Shown here in pieces: positions 59,073 to 64,000 of a stretch of DNA of 64,000 bases (position 1 is the stretch's first letter; the number at the start of each line of letters is the position of its first letter). This stretch comes from Candidatus Omnitrophota bacterium (GTDB taxonomy: Bacteria; Omnitrophota; Gorgyraeia; Zapsychrales; JANLHA01). The translations under genes and the position numbers were made by a program. Location: the NCBI GenBank assembly GCA_029560465.1, contig JAKQKX010000102.1, forward strand, positions 4,601 to 68,600, read 5' to 3'. The notes under the pieces were generated by a model that saw only the letters and a list, made by a program, of their open reading frames with translations, was not told where the DNA came from and did not search any database.

Positions 59073-59444
59073 TTAAAATTCTAAGCCGCTTTTTCTTGCC
59101 GCCTCGGCAAAAGCTTTCACGCGTCCATGATAAACATAACCGCCACGGTCAAAACAAACCTCTTTGAGTCCCTTAGCGACCAATTCGCTGGCAAAGACCT
59201 CCCCAAGGGCTGCGGCCGCCTGAATGTTCCCGCCGGATTTGATCTTTTGTTTAATCGTTTGATTTTTTGTGGAAAGGCCGAAAAGGACCTTACCGCTTGA
59301 ATCATCAATAATTTGAGCCGCAAAATTCTTTAAACTTCTGTGAATACAAAGCCTCGGCCGGGCCGATGTGCCGACCACTCTTTTTCTTATCCGAATATGC
59401 CGAGCCAGGCGTTTTGATTCCTTAACGATCTCGTTTCTTCCCAT
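59073..59444 (-). CDS. rplR: 50S ribosomal protein L18
   Basis: 123 aa, ...[20 protein letters not shown]. Confidence 0.9.
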   Translation of the reverse strand: MGRNEIVKESKRLARHIRIRKRVVGTSARPRLCIHRSLKNFAAQIIDDSSGKVLFGLSTKNQTIKQKIKSGGNIQAAAALGEVFASELVAKGLKEVCFDRGGYVYHGRVKAFAEAARKSGLEF

Positions 59445-59451
59445 GGTTCAA

Positions 59452-59991
59452 CTACTTTGTTACAGATTTACCTTGTTTAGTTTTCACAATTTCACCCAGA
59501 TAACGGATCCCTTTCCCTTTATAAGGTTCCGGCCGTTTCAAATCCCTGATCTTTGACGCAACCTGTCCAATCAAAGGTTTATTGATCCCCTCAAGGACGA
59601 TGGACGTCGGCTTTGGAACCGCCACCTTAAGCTCTTTCGGGACCACAAACTCAACCTGATGACTTAACCCAAGGGTGAAAATAATCGTATTGCCCTGCAA
59701 TTGAGCCCGGTAACCGATCCCCTGAATCTCAACCTCTTTCTTATGGCCTGTGGTCACGCCCGTAACCATATTGACCAGCAAAGCCCGGATGGTGCCGTGA
59801 TTCGCCCGACCCTGCTTCGTATCGTTCGCCCGGGTCACCACAAGCTGGTTGTCTTTCTGTTCAACTTTAATCCCGCAAGGCATACTCAAAGACATTTTTC
59901 CTTTAGGGCCTTCCAAATGGACTTGCGAGCCATCCACAGCCACTTTAACTTCTTTAGGAACAACAATTGGAATTTTACCTTTTCTTGACAT
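59452..59991 (-). CDS. rplF: 50S ribosomal protein L6
   Basis: MSRKGKIPIVVPKEVKV start, two-domain L6. Confidence 0.95.
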   Translation of the reverse strand: MSRKGKIPIVVPKEVKVAVDGSQVHLEGPKGKMSLSMPCGIKVEQKDNQLVVTRANDTKQGRANHGTIRALLVNMVTGVTTGHKKEVEIQGIGYRAQLQGNTIIFTLGLSHQVEFVVPKELKVAVPKPTSIVLEGINKPLIGQVASKIRDLKRPEPYKGKGIRYLGEIVKTKQGKSVTK

Positions 59992-59997
59992 AATTTT

Positions 59998-60393
59998 TTA
60001 CCAGATGTAGCAAAGTACCTCTCCCCCAACGCCTTGTCGTCGGGCCTCATGATCATCCAAAACCCCTTTGGACGTGGAAATAACCGCCGTCCCCAAACCA
60101 TTCAAAACCCGGGGTATTCTATCCCGCGGGGTGTAAACCCGTAATCCGCTTTTAGAAATTCTTTTGATGCCAATGATCGCAGGTTTCTTCCCTTCATATT
60201 TCAAATACACCTTGAAAGCCCCCTGGACATCATTCTTCATCAACCGATAATCTTCGATGTATCCCTGATTCTTAAAAATCTCCAGGATCTTCCCGTTCAG
60301 CTTTGAAGCGGGGATATCCACGGTCAGCTTACTGGCCTGAATGGCATTCCGGATACTCGTCAACATATTGGCAATTGGATCATTCAATGACAT
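59998..60393 (-). CDS. rpsH: 30S ribosomal protein S8
   Basis: MSLNDPIANMLTSIRNA start. Confidence 0.95.
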   Translation of the reverse strand: MSLNDPIANMLTSIRNAIQASKLTVDIPASKLNGKILEIFKNQGYIEDYRLMKNDVQGAFKVYLKYEGKKPAIIGIKRISKSGLRVYTPRDRIPRVLNGLGTAVISTSKGVLDDHEARRQGVGGEVLCYIW

Positions 60394-60429
60394 AATGGAT
60401 TCCTCACAAATAATTCACTTTTATAACGA

Positions 60430-60615
60430 TTACCAGCTGGCTTTTTTGATCCCGGGGATTTCCCCTCTCCAGGCCAGTTCCCTGAAACAAATACGGCAGG
60501 TACCAAACCGGCGCAGATACCCTTTCGGCCGGCCGCATAATATACAACGATTATGCTGACGGGTCGAAAATTTCGGTTTCTTCTGCGACTTAAGAATTAA
60601 GGCTTTTCTCGCCAT
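60430..60615 (-). CDS. rpsZ: 30S ribosomal protein S14, zinc-binding type Z
   Basis: 61 aa with CxxC...CxxC. Confidence 0.9.
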   Translation of the reverse strand: MARKALILKSQKKPKFSTRQHNRCILCGRPKGYLRRFGTCRICFRELAWRGEIPGIKKASW

Positions 60616-60646
60616 ATGAAATCATGTCCTCTTGTAAACTCTATGA

Positions 60647-61198
60647 TTAACTCTTACTGAAAGGCATCCCGAACAAACGCAACAGTTCCTTGGTCTGTTC
60701 CTTCGGCCCCCGATTAAAAACAAAACATATATCCATCCCCTGACTCCGCGTGATCCGCCCAACGTCGATTTCCGGGAAAATGGCCTGGTCAGCGATCCCG
60801 ATGGAATAATTCCCGTCCCGATCAAAAGATTTTAAAGGGACACCGTTAAAGTCACGGATTCTCGGCAAACACACATTCACAAACCGGTCAAGGAACTCAT
60901 ACATTTTATGACCCCTTAAGGTCACCTTGCAGCCAACAGGAACCCCTGCCCTTAACTTAAAATTAGAGATGGCCTTCTTGGCACGGCGGATGATCGATTT
61001 CTGGCCGGTGATTTTTTCCATATCCTGCATAGCCGCTTCTAGAATTTTAATATCCTGGATCGCTTCGCCGACGCCCATATTAAGGACAATTTTCTCCAAC
61101 CTCGGGACAGCCAACCTGTTTGAAACCTCAAAGGCTTCCTGCATTTTAGGAACAATTTCTTCTTTGTATTTTACCAACAATCTTGGGACCACGTTCAT
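60647..61198 (-). CDS. rplE: 50S ribosomal protein L5
   Basis: 183 aa; canonical position. Confidence 0.95.
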   Translation of the reverse strand: MNVVPRLLVKYKEEIVPKMQEAFEVSNRLAVPRLEKIVLNMGVGEAIQDIKILEAAMQDMEKITGQKSIIRRAKKAISNFKLRAGVPVGCKVTLRGHKMYEFLDRFVNVCLPRIRDFNGVPLKSFDRDGNYSIGIADQAIFPEIDVGRITRSQGMDICFVFNRGPKEQTKELLRLFGMPFSKS

Positions 61199-61217
61199 AT
61201 CCTCTTGGTATCAAAAA

Positions 61218-61529
61218 TTATATAACTTCTCCACTCACTTTGGCGATTCTAACCTTAGAGCCGTCTTTTAAGATCGACACACCAAAACGCGTTCGTTTAT
61301 TGGTCTTCTTATCAACAAGCATCACGTTGGAAATGTGCAACGGCACCTCCAACTCTATAAAGCCTCCGGTCTGGTCCTGCTGAGTCTTGCGTTTGGCTTT
61401 CTTAACCAGATTAACTTTCTCGACCACAACACGTTCAGTCTCAGTTAAAACCTTTAAAACTTTTCCGGTTTTCCCTTTATCTTTGCCTGCGATAACGACA
61501 ACCTTGTCATTTTTTTTAATGCGCAACAT
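61218..61529 (-). CDS. rplX: 50S ribosomal protein L24
   Basis: KOW motif [17 protein letters not shown]. Confidence 0.9.
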   Translation of the reverse strand: MLRIKKNDKVVVIAGKDKGKTGKVLKVLTETERVVVEKVNLVKKAKRKTQQDQTGGFIELEVPLHISNVMLVDKKTNKRTRFGVSILKDGSKVRIAKVSGEVI

Positions 61530-61530
61530 T

Positions 61531-61899
61531 TTATACTACCTCTGGGGCTAAAGAAACAATTTTCATGAATTCCAAATTCCGCAACTCTCTGGCCACCGGC
61601 CCAAAAACACGCGTTCCCTTGGGGTTTCCGGCATCATCAATGATAACCAACGCGTTATTATCGAAGCGCACCGTTGTCCCGTCCGCCCTCTTGATGGGGA
61701 ACTTTGTCCTCACAACGACACCGGTCACAACCGTCCCCTTTTTGATCGCCGCGTCCGGGGCGGCCTCTTTAATATTGACCTTGACAACATCGCCCACCTG
61801 CGCCCATCGTCGCCCTTTACTGTTCAAAACCCCGATCAAGGAAGCCCGGCGGGCCCCGGAGTTATCAGCGACAGTCAATATTGATTTCATGTAAAGCAT
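61531..61899 (-). CDS. rplN: 50S ribosomal protein L14
   Basis: [11 protein letters not shown] motif; start set at MLYMKSI (ORF open to 61944). Confidence 0.9.
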   Translation of the reverse strand: MLYMKSILTVADNSGARRASLIGVLNSKGRRWAQVGDVVKVNIKEAAPDAAIKKGTVVTGVVVRTKFPIKRADGTTVRFDNNALVIIDDAGNPKGTRVFGPVARELRNLEFMKIVSLAPEVV

Positions 61900-61910
61900 G
61901 TCCGACCTCG

Positions 61911-62168
61911 TTAACTGGTTTTTACAATTTCCATGATGACCCACCGTTTATCTTTGGATAAAGGACGGGTTTCCATAATTTTGACGATATCCCCGAGTTT
62001 ACTCGCATTCTTTTCATCATGGGCCTTATACTTAACGGCCTGACGAACCGTCTTCGTATACTTTGAATGCTTGTTAGACCAACGCACTTGAACAACCCGC
62101 GTTTTATTCATTTTATCGCTGACCACTTCTCCTGAAAGGAATTTCCTCCTATTAGTCCTTGTTTCCAT
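61911..62168 (-). CDS. rpsQ: 30S ribosomal protein S17
   Basis: OB fold [14 protein letters not shown]; start set at METRTNRRK. Confidence 0.85.
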   Translation of the reverse strand: METRTNRRKFLSGEVVSDKMNKTRVVQVRWSNKHSKYTKTVRQAVKYKAHDEKNASKLGDIVKIMETRPLSKDKRWVIMEIVKTS

Positions 62169-62355
62169 CGTTCTTCCTTTCATTCAGGATAGTTTGAATG
62201 CGGGCAATATCTCTTTTGATCAGCTTAAACATGGACGGCCTTTCCACGCGGCCGATCTTGCGCTGATACCTCAGGTCGAAAAGATCTTTCTTTAAAGCCT
62301 TTTCTTTCTGCCCTAAATCTTCCTGGCTTAAATTTCTCAAGTCTTTTGCTTTCAT
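62152..62355 (-). CDS. rpmC: 50S ribosomal protein L29
   Basis: 67 aa helical hairpin [14 protein letters not shown]. Confidence 0.85.
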   Translation of the reverse strand: MKAKDLRNLSQEDLGQKEKALKKDLFDLRYQRKIGRVERPSMFKLIKRDIARIQTILNERKNDGNKD

Positions 62356-62401
62356 GCTGTTTCCAAAATTAGGTTTTGAGTTACGTCAAAACGTGTTAAT
62401 A

Positions 62402-62824
62402 TTAATGGCCTTGCGTCGCACGGGTTATAAATTTTGTTCTCACGGGTAATTTAAAAGCAACCAAACGAAGAACAATTTTAGCAAAATCTTCCGGAATCCC
62501 GCCTAATTCAAAAATCACCCGTCCTCTTTGAACCGGACAAACCCAGTGATCCAGATCCCCTTTCCCCTTGCCCATACGCGTTTCGGCGGGCTTCTTCGTC
62601 ACCGGTTTGCAGGGGAACACATTGACCCACATTTTGCCGGCTCCGCGCAATTTCCTAACCATAACGAGACGGCAAGCTTCCAGATGCTGCGCCCGCACAA
62701 TCCCGTTTTCAATCGCTTTTATCCCGTATTCTCCAAACCGCAAATTACTGCCCCGGCAAACAATACCCCGGTTCTTCCTTTTTTGTGATTTACGGTACTT
62801 TACTTTTCTAGGCATTAACAACAT
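62402..62824 (-). CDS. rplP: 50S ribosomal protein L16
   Basis: MLLMPRKVKYRK start. Confidence 0.95.
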   Translation of the reverse strand: MLLMPRKVKYRKSQKRKNRGIVCRGSNLRFGEYGIKAIENGIVRAQHLEACRLVMVRKLRGAGKMWVNVFPCKPVTKKPAETRMGKGKGDLDHWVCPVQRGRVIFELGGIPEDFAKIVLRLVAFKLPVRTKFITRATQGH

Positions 62825-62838
62825 AATATCAAACTCCT

Positions 62839-63510
62839 TTAAGCGCCCTTCGGCTCCGAAGCCTTAACCCGCCTCTTCTCCCGGATAATTTCCCCTTTAT
62901 AAATCCAGACCTTCACGCCGATCACTCCATAAGTGGTATGGGCTTCTGCAAAACCGTAATCAACATCCGCGCGAAGAGTCTGCAAAGGAATGGACCCCTC
63001 GTGGTATTTTTCCGTTCGCGCCATTTCCGCCCCCCCCAAACGGCCTGACACCTTCGCTTTAATCCCCAAAGCGCCTGCCTGGCGGGATTGATCAATCGCT
63101 CTTTTAATCGCCCGGCGGAACGCCACGCGTTTCTCCAGCTGAAACGCGATATTCTGCGCGACAAGCCGGGATTCGAGGAACGGATTCTTGATTTCGATAA
63201 TATCAATGGCCACCTCACTGGTCGTGATCCGGGCTAAGTCCTCTTTCAACTTATCAATATCCGCTCCGCGGCGGCCGATAATAATTCCAGGCCGGGCCGA
63301 GGCAATCTTAATTTTCACTTGGTCCGCGGCCAAACGCTCTATCACAATATAAGAAACCGCAGCGTGGACAAATTTATTCTGGATGTACTTTCGGATTTTA
63401 AAGTCCTCCACCACGTTCTGAGCGTATTGTTTGCGGTCAGCATACCAAAGGCTGCGCCAATTTCTAGTGACCCCGATGCGTTGAATATATGGATGTACCT
63501 TTTGTCCCAC
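62839..63510 (-). CDS. rpsC: 30S ribosomal protein S3
   Basis: MGQKVHPYIQRIGV KH-domain start. Confidence 0.95.
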   Translation of the reverse strand: MGQKVHPYIQRIGVTRNWRSLWYADRKQYAQNVVEDFKIRKYIQNKFVHAAVSYIVIERLAADQVKIKIASARPGIIIGRRGADIDKLKEDLARITTSEVAIDIIEIKNPFLESRLVAQNIAFQLEKRVAFRRAIKRAIDQSRQAGALGIKAKVSGRLGGAEMARTEKYHEGSIPLQTLRADVDYGFAEAHTTYGVIGVKVWIYKGEIIREKRRVKASEPKGA

Positions 63511-63523
63511 TCTACGATATCTC

Positions 63524-63859
63524 CTATTTAGTGATAAGATCCAGTTCTATGGTTAAATGTGACGTCCTTTTCAAAATCGGAGTCGCCCGGCCAAACGTGG
63601 CCGCCCGGTAACGTTTCCACATCGGCCCCTGATCAGCCGTAATTTTGGAAATATACAATTGGCTCTCCGTCAAACCTTTTTGCTTGGCGTTGCTCACCGC
63701 TGAATTCAAAATCTTCGCGATCGCCTCCGTGACTCTCTTATTCGTCTGCTTCAGCAGGGCTTGGGACGTCAAGACATCCTTCCCCCGAATCATAGCCATC
63801 ACCTGATTGGCCTTGCTGGATGAAACTCTAACATATCGACATCGTGCTTTTGCAATCAT
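63524..63859 (-). CDS. rplV: 50S ribosomal protein L22
   Basis: 111 aa; canonical position. Confidence 0.9.
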   Translation of the reverse strand: MIAKARCRYVRVSSSKANQVMAMIRGKDVLTSQALLKQTNKRVTEAIAKILNSAVSNAKQKGLTESQLYISKITADQGPMWKRYRAATFGRATPILKRTSHLTIELDLITK

Positions 63860-63884
63860 TTCTCGTTCTTTTTTATATCAAGGT

Positions 63885-64000
63885 TTACGTTTTATCGGGA
63901 GCTTTCTTAGCTTTAACCCCACCATGTTTACGGAAAGTCCGGGTTGGGACAAAATCCCCAAATTTATACCCCACCATGTTTTCTGTAATAAAAATCGGCT
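63885..64000 (-). CDS. rpsS: 30S ribosomal protein S19 (3' part only; gene runs off the window edge)
   Basis: C-terminal ...[24 protein letters not shown]... read on the minus strand up to the window boundary. Confidence 0.8.
   Translation of the reverse strand, partial: PIFITENMVGYKFGDFVPTRTFRKHGGVKAKKAPDKT

Overview
This 64 kb window is dense bacterial chromosome (about 52% GC), apparently from a Gram-negative (diderm) organism. Nearly every gene lies on the minus strand; the only plus-strand coding is a divergent ExeA/MshM-like ATPase and GspB-like pair at 23.3-24.7 kb. Most of it is recognisable housekeeping. The 3' end (51.6-64 kb) is the spc/alpha ribosomal-protein cluster (rpsS partial through rplQ, with secY-adk-map-infA-rpmJ-rpsM-rpsK-rpsD-rpoA). 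The 5' half carries recO, ybeY with a 7TM-HD protein and phoH, aspS, hisS, an HU gene, dnaE, guaA plus a CBS-less IMPDH-family gene, groESL with a canonical CIRCE operator, coaX and uvrB. The middle holds aroB, thiE, ADP-heptose genes, pfk, accBC-efp-pepP-aroQ, a glycolipid/lipid-A-type acyltransferase operon, lipB, an IDH-family dehydrogenase, pilT and an aminotransferase. One tRNA-Gly(CCC) was found; no transposase, integrase or CRISPR. The most system-like candidate is a translationally coupled four-gene cassette at 29.4-33.2 kb: an archaeal-type P-loop ATPase with a DUF234/wHTH-like tail, a YfcE-type metallophosphoesterase, an Ap4A-phosphorylase-like HIT protein and a Dgt-type dGTP triphosphohydrolase. 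A GAF-HD-GYP c-di-GMP phosphodiesterase follows it directly. Other accessory-looking items are a two-PilZ locus with an intervening small zinc-ribbon ORF divergent from the ExeA/GspB-like pair, a near-perfect 81-bp tandem repeat array (about 3.5 copies) between the icd-like terminator and lipB, a free-standing lipoyl-domain protein next to lipB, a GAD-domain-less bacterial-type AspRS, ribosomal proteins L17 and S5 with low-complexity extensions (no L30), and a large nested inverted repeat between uvrB and coaX. All calls rest on reading the supplied ORF translations and the nucleotide sequence by eye; no database searches were run.
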